A stretch of DNA of 32,000 nucleotides from Candidatus Saccharimonadota bacterium (GCA_001897305.1 MKSO01000001.1:750001-782000); one strand, 5' to 3'; shown: positions 1-7,127, counted from the first letter of the stretch. Numbers and translations: made by a program. Notes: a model not told the origin generated them from the letters alone.

Positions 1-135
1 GAGATCGTCACGGAGTTCCCGGAAAAACCGCTCTGCTACGTTTGCGGCATGACCAAGTTCGTTGATGCAATGACAGAGGCACTACAGGCTAACGGCATTA
101 CGCCGGATCTTATCAAGACAGAACGGTTTGGATAA
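1..135 (+). CDS. 3' end of a gene cut by the window edge; C-terminus of a ferredoxin-reductase-type FAD/NAD(P)-binding oxidoreductase
   Basis: Frame 1 is open from nt 1 to TAA at 133-135 and reads EIVTEFPEKPLCYVCGMTKFVDAMTEALQANGITPDLIKTERFG*. The Y-x-CG...M...L...G(I/V)...I..E.F ending is typical of the NAD(P)-binding C-terminus of this family. Only 44 aa are visible. Confidence 0.45.
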   Translation, partial: EIVTEFPEKPLCYVCGMTKFVDAMTEALQANGITPDLIKTERFG

Positions 136-179
136 ATAGCTTAAAAGTAATATCAAGCCACTACTGAAGCTGAAGCAAA

Positions 180-728
180 TTACATACTCAAGAAGGTACG
201 TAATCCTTCGCTATCACGCAGCTTGTTATATGTTTCAATATCAGCCTCGGGGGATAGCTCTGACCTTGTCAGCCCACCATACCCTAATGGTTCGAAAATC
301 TTATCCCAGCCGTAGCCTCCATCACCTTTTGGATGCAAGGCTATCTTGCCATCGAGTCTTCCCTCAAAAAAACGCAGCTCGTTACCATCGTAATACCCAT
401 ATATCACAGATCCGTAAGCAGTTCGATCACTAAAACCATCGAGCATACGGCACATTTTCTCAAGTCCATCATGTGCATCTACAAAAAATTTTACAAATGG
501 GCCAGGCAGGCCGTTCAATGCCGTAAAGCTAAGGGACGTGTCCTCGACGAGGACAGGTTTGCCAATAATTTCATACGCTTGCTTTACTTTATGCTCAATT
601 ACAACTTTTGGGTCTGCCGATTGAATTTCATCAAGGTCTATTTTTTGATGAGGCAGGTTAAGTCCAAGAGTTTTTGATAAATAATCAATTTTATTCTGGT
701 TTCCAGAAATGAAGATGGGCGTTTTCAT
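180..728 (-). CDS. non-canonical purine NTP pyrophosphatase (ITPase, HAM1/RdgB family)
   Basis: 182-aa ORF. The motifs VLVEDTSLSFTALNGLPGPFVKFF and GYGWDKIFEP match the ITPA-like branch of the HAM1 family (EDTxL...GLPGPYIKWF...FGWDPIF). Confidence 0.85.
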   Translation of the reverse strand: MKTPIFISGNQNKIDYLSKTLGLNLPHQKIDLDEIQSADPKVVIEHKVKQAYEIIGKPVLVEDTSLSFTALNGLPGPFVKFFVDAHDGLEKMCRMLDGFSDRTAYGSVIYGYYDGNELRFFEGRLDGKIALHPKGDGGYGWDKIFEPLGYGGLTRSELSPEADIETYNKLRDSEGLRTFLSM

Positions 729-758
729 CTTTTTACTATACCAGCTTAGCTCGGTCTT

Positions 759-1610
759 TTACTTTTTCGTACCTTGCAAGGCTTTCACCTGGTACGTCCA
801 ATAAAGTATCCAACCAGCTATGGCAACACTGAAGGCGACCCAATCACCAATCGTCTGAACGTCCGTCGAAGGCTGCCACAAATAGCCCATGACTGCCGAT
901 TCAAATAAATTCATTACATAAACAGCCACGAACAATACCGAAAGTGATACCGCAGACCACGCACTTTTCTGAAGGCTCGACAATTTCGATGTATTAAGCG
1001 TGACATACGATATTAAACCAAACAGTAATGCAGTAAAAGGCGTAAAGAACGTGAAAACAGTGACACTATTAGTGACGATATTATTTATAACGCCAAGTAA
1101 AGGCATAGCAATAATACTCGCCACAAAGACGAGGACGAACGGCCTATATTCAAGTACATCAAGCGTAGCCTGCTTACTTCGCACATGCATACCAGCAATA
1201 ACAGAAGCTACAATCGCCACAAATATACCAGGAAGTACGTTTACAAGCACTAAGCGTGCATTAGTATCTGGGAAAAGCTGCGTAGGAACGGTAATAAATA
1301 CCGTAGTTAAGACCATACACCAATAAGCAAATAGCCCAAAGAGCATGCCATTAAAATGATGGCTCAATTTGCTCTTCGACTTCGCTGAATGATCACCGAT
1401 AATGTACCCAACTACAACAGGTAACAGGGCGCCGATCGTGAGCGAAATCATCGCAACAGCAGCATGTATCTTAATTGAATTCGGATGACTAAGAATAGAA
1501 GTCCACGGTAATGTAGTTGAGAAAAAAACTGAAACTAATAACAGTACAAATAAACTATACCCCGTAACGACAAGTGGTGCATGTATTTTATTGCTTTTTG
1601 TTTTTGCCAT
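759..1610 (-). CDS. polytopic membrane protein of unknown family; paralog of 4777..5637
   Basis: The ORF-track start at 1631 is a TTG lying upstream of the TATAAT box. The ATG at 1608-1610 gives MAKTKSNKIHAPLVVTGY..., colinear with MAKIKTNKIHKPLVVTGY... in the paralog. About 8 hydrophobic spans. Confidence 0.75.
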   Translation of the reverse strand: MAKTKSNKIHAPLVVTGYSLFVLLLVSVFFSTTLPWTSILSHPNSIKIHAAVAMISLTIGALLPVVVGYIIGDHSAKSKSKLSHHFNGMLFGLFAYWCMVLTTVFITVPTQLFPDTNARLVLVNVLPGIFVAIVASVIAGMHVRSKQATLDVLEYRPFVLVFVASIIAMPLLGVINNIVTNSVTVFTFFTPFTALLFGLISYVTLNTSKLSSLQKSAWSAVSLSVLFVAVYVMNLFESAVMGYLWQPSTDVQTIGDWVAFSVAIAGWILYWTYQVKALQGTKK

Positions 1611-1620
1611 ATTTATTTTC

Positions 1621-1648
1621 ATTATAAGCAAAACATAAGCGAATGCAA
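1621..1648 (-). promoter_or_regulatory. sigma70-like promoter for 759..1610
   Basis: On the minus strand: TTGCAT (1643-1648), 16 nt spacer, TATAAT (1621-1626), then 10 nt to the ATG at 1610. Confidence 0.5.
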
Positions 1649-1677
1649 ATTAAGTCGAATAATTAGATGCGTGACAA

Positions 1678-1709
1678 AATTGGTACAGCATTTTGGGTGA
1701 AGTTAGAAC
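1678..1709. repeat. intergenic repeat copy R1
   Basis: Plus strand reads aatTGGTACAGCATTTTGGGTGAAGTTAGAAC. It starts 4 nt past the stop codon (1714-1716) of the upstream minus-strand gene. Confidence 0.85.
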
Positions 1710-1713
1710 CGAG

Positions 1714-2337
1714 TTACTGCTTAACTAAAGAGATCGCAGGCGTGACATCGGCAACTTGACCAAGCTCATTTGCAGTTGGGCACACCCCACTTACTTCAAT
1801 ATATCCGTCGACACCTTCAATCCAACCGTAGCTCATACCTTTCATTGAATTTTCAGAACCAGCGCCACTCAATTCATAGTTATTCATTATTATCGTCTTG
1901 CTACCGCCAAAAATAGTCAGGCTTGCTTCAGACTGCCCAACTTCATTCATACTCAAATCACCTGATGGCATACCCGCATCCTTTTCGGCCTTCAGCTTTG
2001 ATAGGTCTGTTTTGTAGTCGTAATAAGAGAGCGAAACGAAACAATCAGTGCGACCGTCGCCTTCAATTCCCTTGAATGCATGAATACTCGCAACAGGCAA
2101 TTTATCTATAGGAGAATCTCCCTGGTACTTTTCTTCGTTTGCAGATTCTTGAGCATTGTAATTTTTCGCGGCCCACCAATCAGGGGCTTTGTCTTGGCTA
2201 AATACGAATATTGGATCCTTTAAGGTGCTACCTATCAACCCAAGTACCTTCTCGCTATTAAATGCAAAAAGAATACCCGCAACCATAAGCAGTGCGAGTG
2301 GTGTAAATACTAAGATGAGTTTTTGATTTTTTATCAT
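1714..2337 (-). CDS. signal-anchored secreted/surface protein of unknown family; paralog of 4062..4790
   Basis: The ORF-track ATG at 2347-2349 overlaps the TATAAT box (2348-2353). The next in-frame ATG at 2335-2337 (MIKNQKLILVFTPLALLMVAG...) lies 10 nt downstream of the box. Blocks shared with 4062..4790: K(A/F)PDW, LPVA, CFVS(L/V)xY. Alternative start at 2349. Confidence 0.7.
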   Translation of the reverse strand: MIKNQKLILVFTPLALLMVAGILFAFNSEKVLGLIGSTLKDPIFVFSQDKAPDWWAAKNYNAQESANEEKYQGDSPIDKLPVASIHAFKGIEGDGRTDCFVSLSYYDYKTDLSKLKAEKDAGMPSGDLSMNEVGQSEASLTIFGGSKTIIMNNYELSGAGSENSMKGMSYGWIEGVDGYIEVSGVCPTANELGQVADVTPAISLVKQ

Positions 2338-2347
2338 ACTACGCTTC

Positions 2348-2375
2348 ATTATAACTAAATTGTAAGCGTCAGCAA
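2348..2375 (-). promoter_or_regulatory. sigma70-like promoter for 1714..2337
   Basis: On the minus strand: TTGCTG (2370-2375), 16 nt spacer, TATAAT (2348-2353). It is part of a 77-79 nt module that is 85% identical to 5638-5716. Confidence 0.5.
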
Positions 2376-2394
2376 GTTGGCGAAATAATTTAAG

Positions 2395-2437
2395 TGTTAC
2401 ATAGAAATTGGTACAGCACTTTGGGTGAAGTTAGAAC
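2395..2437. repeat. intergenic repeat copy R2 (with left flank)
   Basis: TGTTACATAGAAATTGGTACAGCACTTTGGGTGAAGTTAGAAC. GTGAAGT (2425-2431) can pair with ACTTCAC (2451-2457). Confidence 0.85.
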
Positions 2438-2474
2438 GAAACTCACTTTGACTTCACGGATGGGTGCCGCCGAC

Positions 2475-2930
2475 TCATCTCAATGAGCGTTTGCGAATTA
2501 TTAATCCTACTACGAAGTAGCTAATGAGGAGAGCTGGTATAAAGAAAATAACCAAGAATGCGGCGACGCCCAAGCCCGAATCTGTTGCACTTGAATCCCA
2601 TGTGCCACCCGACATCACCCAGAACAGTCCGTTCGCGAGAAATGGGGCGAGCACAATTAATACTGTCACGACCACTAAGCTTGCTAAGAAGAAGCATGTA
2701 CTCTCCTTTGTTTTCATAGCCAACAAAGGCCACCAGCAAGTAGGCATGAGCACGAGGCCGAGTACTAATAGTCCGTCCTGAACCCATCCAAACTCTTCAA
2801 TGGTGTATTCTCTTTCGAATGTACTACCGCTACTCATCGCACCCACTAAGTTAAGAATTATCGATACGGCAGTTAGAGATAGTGCCCATAGAATCAGGAT
2901 AAGATATGCTTTTCGAATACTTAAAATCAT
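2475..2930 (-). CDS. small 4-span membrane protein, unknown family
   Basis: The 191-aa ORF-track version reads through repeat R3. The ATG at 2928-2930 (MILSIRKAYLILILWAL...) lies 6 nt downstream of an extended -10 box. Confidence 0.6.
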   Translation of the reverse strand: MILSIRKAYLILILWALSLTAVSIILNLVGAMSSGSTFEREYTIEEFGWVQDGLLVLGLVLMPTCWWPLLAMKTKESTCFFLASLVVVTVLIVLAPFLANGLFWVMSGGTWDSSATDSGLGVAAFLVIFFIPALLISYFVVGLIIRKRSLR

Positions 2931-2936
2931 AAACAC

Positions 2937-2945
2937 ATAATACCA
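2937..2945 (-). promoter_or_regulatory. extended -10 element (TGGTATTAT), leaderless start
   Basis: The minus strand reads TGGTATTAT, followed by GTGTTT and then the ATG at 2930. Confidence 0.45.
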
Positions 2946-2980
2946 CAAGCAGTATTTACCAATTTTTGAGTATAATTTTA

Positions 2981-3012
2981 TGTTACATAGAAATTGGTAC
3001 AGAGTGGTGAAT
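2981..3012. repeat. intergenic repeat copy R3 (degenerate)
   Basis: TGTTACATAGAAATTGGTACAGagtGGTGAAtgac. The left flank is intact and the core is shortened and diverged. Confidence 0.6.
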
Positions 3013-3068
3013 GACGTTATATCCGCTATTCGAGCAGACCCGCGTTTCACGCTATAACATGTTTGTAG

Positions 3069-3548
3069 CTAATCTTTCGAGTGACTTTCTATAAAGTCTT
3101 CGATGTACTGAATTGACGTATCGTGGGCAGGAATATGTAATGAGCATGGCCGGAACGATTGGTTTTCGTATTTATCTGGGAACTGTAGCACCAAGTCCTG
3201 CCCGTCCATATAGGACTGGCACACCGCATTCTTATCAAAGTCATACTGAAGAAAATCAGTCTGGTCAATAACTCTTTGAAGCTCAGAAATTTCCTGGCTA
3301 CTCGCCCTGTCATGCCCGTCAAACACTCCATTTTCATATAGCTTATACTCAGACGAACACATGCTATTGTCCGGGCATAAACCACCTTCATAACGAACTA
3401 CCATAACTATGCCGCCATTCGCGACACCCGTGAACCTACTGCTTGCAAACAACCACACGAACAATACAACTAGCACAAAGCTCGCCAAACAAATAGCTAT
3501 TATTATGCCTTTATTTGGTTTTACTTTCTTTTGCTTTTCGTTTGTCAT
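3069..3548 (-). CDS. N-terminally anchored extracytoplasmic protein (4 Cys), unknown family
   Basis: 159 aa. It has a Lys-rich N-terminus, a single TM segment (IIIAICLASFVLVVLFVWLF), and a ~110-aa soluble domain. The ATG at 3546-3548 lies 6 nt downstream of an extended -10 box. Confidence 0.6.
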   Translation of the reverse strand: MTNEKQKKVKPNKGIIIAICLASFVLVVLFVWLFASSRFTGVANGGIVMVVRYEGGLCPDNSMCSSEYKLYENGVFDGHDRASSQEISELQRVIDQTDFLQYDFDKNAVCQSYMDGQDLVLQFPDKYENQSFRPCSLHIPAHDTSIQYIEDFIESHSKD

Positions 3549-3554
3549 GAATTA

Positions 3555-3563
3555 ATAATAGCA
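3555..3563 (-). promoter_or_regulatory. extended -10 element (TGCTATTAT), leaderless start
   Basis: The minus strand reads TGCTATTAT, followed by TAATTC and then the ATG at 3548. Confidence 0.45.
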
Positions 3564-3570
3564 TAGGCAC

Positions 3571-3598
3571 AATGGTACAGCATTTTGGTGAAGTTAAA
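3571..3598. repeat. intergenic repeat copy R4
   Basis: aaTGGTACAGCATTTTGG-TGAAGTTAAA. One deletion and a few substitutions relative to R1/R5. Confidence 0.75.
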
Positions 3599-3616
3599 AT
3601 CAAGCTACTAGCCGCC

Positions 3617-3625
3617 TGATATACT
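3617..3625 (+). promoter_or_regulatory. extended -10 element (TGaTATACT), leaderless start
   Basis: TGATATACT is followed by AATTCGT and then the ATG at 3633. Confidence 0.45.
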
Positions 3626-3632
3626 AATTCGT

Positions 3633-3983
3633 ATGGATTACGGCGCACTCATATCAATAGCTGCATTCTTTGTTGCAATCCAGATCGCCACAAAGACAAA
3701 CGCACATCCGCTATTACCTGCCTCGGTCGCCGTAGCTCTACCCTATATAGTCAACTTAATTCTAAATTACATTCGTGCCGTCGGCTTTGGTCTCCCGATT
3801 TTACCAAATTTATTCACGCTAGCATCAACACTCACGTTTGTAGTGCAGTTTATCCTGAGTATCTACATCTTCAAAAGAATACGCGATGAGGATGATATCC
3901 TGTTAACTCTCTGCTGGGGAGTAGGTGGTGCGATTCTAGTGATTCTAGCGGTGCCGTTACTAGCAAGTTTGATTCATTTTTAA
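3633..3983 (+). CDS. small 3-4-span membrane protein, unknown family
   Basis: 116-aa hydrophobic ORF. It is the only plus-strand gene in the block, yet it is flanked by R4 and R5 in the same orientation as all other copies. Confidence 0.55.
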   Translation: MDYGALISIAAFFVAIQIATKTNAHPLLPASVAVALPYIVNLILNYIRAVGFGLPILPNLFTLASTLTFVVQFILSIYIFKRIRDEDDILLTLCWGVGGAILVILAVPLLASLIHF

Positions 3984-4006
3984 AAAATAATTTCTATGTA
4001 TAACAG

Positions 4007-4039
4007 AATTTGGTACAGCATTTTGGGTGAAGTTAGAAC
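4007..4039. repeat. intergenic repeat copy R5
   Basis: AATTTGGTACAGCATTTTGGGTGAAGTTAGAAC. GTTAGA (4032-4037) can pair with TCTAAC (4069-4074). Confidence 0.85.
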
Positions 4040-4061
4040 GAGGCTCACATCCTCAAAAGAG

Positions 4062-4790
4062 TTAAGGCTCTAACCGAATGGCCGATAGAACCGATATAGT
4101 CTCATCCACCTGGCTTGCCTCCGTGCAAATACTTCGTATGTCGATATGTCCGTTTGAGAGCGAAATATACCCGATGGCGTTACCTTGCTTTATCGTATCA
4201 CTACCCTGGTTCTTGTACTTATAGTTGTGAAGTGTGTATTCCTTTCTGCCTTCCGGTGTGAGCATTGTGAGTGTTTTTGTGCCCACCTCCTGAATGGTCA
4301 TGCCGCCAAAACTATTCACGTTGTCTATAAACTTTACCACTTCTTGTTCGGGATCAACTTTTCGCTCATTATAAAATACCGACACAAAACAGTTCGTATT
4401 CATCGTACTTTGCGCTAACTTCTTACAGGCTGGCTTATCTTCACTCCATGGCTCACATCGTTCTATCAACTTTACACAATTACTCCCCCTCTCGCATTGG
4501 TTGACGTTCATGCCAGCTACGGGTAGGTCGTCTTTACTCCCCTGAAAATCATCGGTAATATCGTCAGGATTCGTGTAGACATTACCAACAGTAGCCCAGT
4601 CAGGGAACTTTTCCGTATCAAATACAAACTTTGGTTTTCCCTGATTTTCAATGCTTGACTTCACATCTGTCGCCACTGTTTTAAGCGTATCTTGAGAAAT
4701 GAACCCAGCAGTCAAGGCAAGGAGCGCCAATGCACTGACTATTATCAGTACAGTCGTCGGCCTCCTTTTCTTACCTCTATTTTTTAGCAC
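4062..4790 (-). CDS. signal-anchored secreted/surface protein; paralog of 1714..2337
   Basis: 242 aa with an N-terminal anchor (TTVLIIVSALALLALTAGF). It overlaps the upstream gene 4777..5637 by 14 nt. Confidence 0.7.
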   Translation of the reverse strand: MLKNRGKKRRPTTVLIIVSALALLALTAGFISQDTLKTVATDVKSSIENQGKPKFVFDTEKFPDWATVGNVYTNPDDITDDFQGSKDDLPVAGMNVNQCERGSNCVKLIERCEPWSEDKPACKKLAQSTMNTNCFVSVFYNERKVDPEQEVVKFIDNVNSFGGMTIQEVGTKTLTMLTPEGRKEYTLHNYKYKNQGSDTIKQGNAIGYISLSNGHIDIRSICTEASQVDETISVLSAIRLEP

Positions 4791-5637
4791 TACTGCTAAC
4801 GCTCAGTGATTTTACTTGTTTAATCCAGTAAATTAACCAAGCTACAAGTGCAGTGACAAACGCCATCCAAGTGCTCGCACTCTGCACCTCGGCGCTTGGC
4901 TGCCATAAGTAACCAACCAGTGCAGTTTCAAACATATTTGCAACGAAAACAAGCAAAAATAACACCGAGACCGCAACCGACGACCACGCAACTTTCTGTA
5001 ACTTGGAAAGTTTACACTTCTTTAAAGTAAGGTAGGTAACACACCCTATCGCAAAAATAATGCTCGGTACGATGAATGTATATACATTCACGCTATTCGT
5101 CATAAAATTATTCACTACAGACGAAAGTGGCATAGCAAGAACACTAGCTGCGAGCACAATAACAAACGGTTTATACTCCAGTACGTCATGCCGGGCTTGC
5201 TTGCTACGTACATGCATGACCCCAAGTGTGGTAGTTATGATTGCTACGAAAATGCTCGGCACAAAATTCATTAGCATTATGCGAATATTATTGTCTGACA
5301 CTAGGTACGCTGGAAAAGATACGAACACGGTAATGAGCGTCATCCACCAGTACGCTAGAAGACCAAAAAGCATGCCGCTAAAATGATGGGTCAGTTTACT
5401 TTTTGACTTAACCGATGTATCGCCAATGAAATATCCGACAAGCACAGGTAGGAGCGCTCCAACCGTCAGTGAAATCATAATAATGGTGACGTTAAGCTTT
5501 ATTGAGTTTGGTTGTGCCAAGATCGTTGCGAATGGAATCGTGGTCGATATAAATACAGACGCCACTAGTAGTCCGAACGATATGTAGCCTGTTACAACGA
5601 GCGGTTTGTGGATTTTATTTGTTTTTATTTTTGCCAT
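4777..5637 (-). CDS. polytopic membrane protein; paralog of 759..1610
   Basis: 286 aa, colinear with 759..1610 along the whole length (for example SKSKL(S/T)HHF(N/S)GMLFGL, MHVRSKQA, VLEY(R/K)PFV, GYLWQPS). Confidence 0.8.
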   Translation of the reverse strand: MAKIKTNKIHKPLVVTGYISFGLLVASVFISTTIPFATILAQPNSIKLNVTIIMISLTVGALLPVLVGYFIGDTSVKSKSKLTHHFSGMLFGLLAYWWMTLITVFVSFPAYLVSDNNIRIMLMNFVPSIFVAIITTTLGVMHVRSKQARHDVLEYKPFVIVLAASVLAMPLSSVVNNFMTNSVNVYTFIVPSIIFAIGCVTYLTLKKCKLSKLQKVAWSSVAVSVLFLLVFVANMFETALVGYLWQPSAEVQSASTWMAFVTALVAWLIYWIKQVKSLSVSSSAKK

Positions 5638-5648
5638 ACTTACGCTTC

Positions 5649-5676
5649 ATTATAAGTAAATTACAAGCATTGGCAA
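5649..5676 (-). promoter_or_regulatory. sigma70-like promoter for 4777..5637
   Basis: On the minus strand: TTGCCA (5671-5676), 16 nt spacer, TATAAT (5649-5654), then 11 nt to the ATG at 5637. Confidence 0.5.
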
Positions 5677-5696
5677 GTTTGTGAAAATAATTTCAA

Positions 5697-5716
5697 TGTT
5701 ACATAGAAATTGGTAC
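5697..5716. repeat. intergenic repeat copy R6 (left flank only, fused to attL)
   Basis: TGTTACATAGAAATTGGTAC is identical to the left part of R2 and R3. After TGGTAC the sequence continues as the tRNA-Arg 3' half instead of the R core. Confidence 0.8.
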
Positions 5717-5755
5717 CCCGGACTGGATTTGAACCAGTGACCTTAGGCTTAGAAG
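5711..5755. repeat. attL: 45-bp direct repeat, a copy of the tRNA-Arg 3' half
   Basis: tggtaccccggactggatttgaaccagtgaccttaggcttagaag is identical at 5711-5755 and 16183-16227. Identity stops on both sides. Confidence 0.9.
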
Positions 5756-5819
5756 ACCTTTTTTGTCATCTATACCGACCAGCTTAACCGAAGTGTACGC
5801 GGTTGTACAAGTTCGACAT

Positions 5820-5854
5820 AGACGGCTTATGATTGGGTCTATAGCCGTCTTTTT
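5820..5854 (+). terminator. hairpin plus T-tract just inside the island's left end
   Basis: AGACGGCT (5820-5827) pairs with AGCCGTCT (5843-5850) around a 15-nt loop, followed by TTTT. It may insulate the tetR operon from read-through. Confidence 0.4.
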
Positions 5855-5896
5855 AAGCCGTTGATTCTTAACAATTAATTAAACAGATAAAAGGTA

Positions 5897-5929
5897 TTGA
5901 CTTAAAAACCTACCATACGGTAGTATGGT
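5897..5929 (+). promoter_or_regulatory. tetR promoter with an overlapping palindromic operator
   Basis: TTGACT (5897-5902), 18 nt spacer, TAGTAT (5921-5926), then 6 nt to the ATG at 5933. A perfect inverted repeat, ACCATAC-ggta-GTATGGT (5912-5929), overlaps the -10 box. Confidence 0.6.
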
Positions 5930-5932
5930 TAT

Positions 5933-6457
5933 ATGATCTTGAAGAATGATATTATAGTGACTGCACAAGAACTTATGAAAAATGGCGATCCAGTTTCTTT
6001 GGACTCAGTTGCACGCAAAATAGGATTAACTAAAGCCGGTTTAGTACATCACTTCCCTACCAAAAAGGCACTTATGATTAGTCTTGTAGATGACGTTGCA
6101 AGGCGTTGGAGCAAAATGCTTGAAGAGGCTCCATCTAGTTCAAGCCCTGAGGGGCGCATGATGACTTACTTAAATTATGCACTGTCAGACGATATAGATT
6201 CCTCCGACTTCGCATTCATGACTGACTATAAGCTAAAGGACGAACTATACACTAGATGGGCTGAGTTGATTGATAGATGGTTCGACTTCAACGATATTAA
6301 AGACACAAGTAGAAGGAATGCATTAACTACCGTGCGACTCATTGCAGACGGTGCATGGTTCGACAGGGGCTTAGGAATGCTAAGTACTAGCGAGGTTGAA
6401 CGTAAATCAATTATATCTACGTCTGAAGTGATACTAAATAATGGAGTAAATAAATGA
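5933..6457 (+). CDS. TetR/AcrR-family transcriptional regulator
   Basis: The N-terminal HTH reads SLDSVARKIGLTKAGLVHHFPTKKAL. The stop overlaps the next start (ATGA). Confidence 0.85.
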   Translation: MILKNDIIVTAQELMKNGDPVSLDSVARKIGLTKAGLVHHFPTKKALMISLVDDVARRWSKMLEEAPSSSSPEGRMMTYLNYALSDDIDSSDFAFMTDYKLKDELYTRWAELIDRWFDFNDIKDTSRRNALTTVRLIADGAWFDRGLGMLSTSEVERKSIISTSEVILNNGVNK

Positions 6458-6801
6458 AACAATGGATTTTTTTGATAGGCGCTATCATATCGGAAGTGGC
6501 TGCCACACTATCTCTCAAAGCTGGAATGGATAATCCCCTCTTTTACATCGTAGTTGCAATTGGATATGGGGCTGCTTTCGTTTTCTTAACAAAAGCACTT
6601 AAACTTGGTATGGCTCTTGGTGTGGCTTATGGTATCTGGGGTGCTAGTGGTGTTGCTCTAACTGCCGTTCTATCAAACCTTATATTCAAAGAACCCCTAA
6701 CTACAATTATGATAGCGGGTATTATTGTAATCATAGTCGGTGTACTTATGATTGAATTAGGCTCACAAGCTGCAAATAAAAAAGAAGCGGGGAACGCATA
6801 A
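6454..6801 (+). CDS. SMR-family small multidrug efflux subunit (paired type)
   Basis: 115 aa with 4 TM segments. The conserved membrane Glu lies in IGAIISEVAATLSLK, and the GVAYGIWGASGVALTA motif is present. Confidence 0.85.
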   Translation: MKQWIFLIGAIISEVAATLSLKAGMDNPLFYIVVAIGYGAAFVFLTKALKLGMALGVAYGIWGASGVALTAVLSNLIFKEPLTTIMIAGIIVIIVGVLMIELGSQAANKKEAGNA

Positions 6802-7127
6802 TGAGCTGGCTATTTCTTATAGGTGCAATCATTTTTGAAGTCTCAGCAACACTCTCGTTACGTATGGCCAGTACAGGGAAACGTCGTTGGTGGATAGCCG
6901 TTGCAGGAGCATATATGATAGCATTTACTATGCTCATACTGACACTCTCCAACGGTATGGCTCTTGGTGTGGCTTATGGTATCTGGGCGGCATCAGGAGT
7001 TGCCCTCACAGCTATATTTAGCAAAATTATTTTCAAAGAACACCTTACATTAGTTATGTCTATCGGTATCCTTGTTGTAATTGGTGGTGTGCTTATGATC
7101 GAACTTGGAAGCGGATCTATACATTAG
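6801..7127 (+). CDS. SMR-family small multidrug efflux subunit (second half of the pair)
   Basis: 108 aa, with IGAIIFEVSATLSLR and GVAYGIWAASGVALTA. The start overlaps the previous stop (TAATG). Confidence 0.85.
   Translation: MSWLFLIGAIIFEVSATLSLRMASTGKRRWWIAVAGAYMIAFTMLILTLSNGMALGVAYGIWAASGVALTAIFSKIIFKEHLTLVMSIGILVVIGGVLMIELGSGSIH

Noticed and set aside
1000-1326. A 108-aa plus-strand ORF antisense to the membrane-protein gene, with a similar 108-aa antisense ORF at 5060..5386 (both contain TNGLYSSTS..ACLLRTC).
   Set aside because: The similarity simply mirrors the paralogy of the sense genes. Both ORFs lie entirely inside well-supported minus-strand genes, and their sequences look low-complexity and non-protein-like.
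1678-4039. The repeat core interpreted as a decayed copy of the tRNA-Arg 3' end, that is, old att scars from serial integrations.
   Set aside because: Only TGGTAC (plus the downstream flank) is shared with the tRNA end. The rest of the core cannot be folded into a T-arm and aligns poorly with the 45-bp att core. I keep this only as one hypothesis within the repeat finding, not as a call.
1678-5716. The six intergenic repeats interpreted as a CRISPR array or an integron attC array.
   Set aside because: Spacing is 400-1700 bp and the intervals contain whole genes with their own promoters. The repeats are imperfect. No cas genes or intI-type integrase/attI lie adjacent, and the cassettes are not uniformly oriented.
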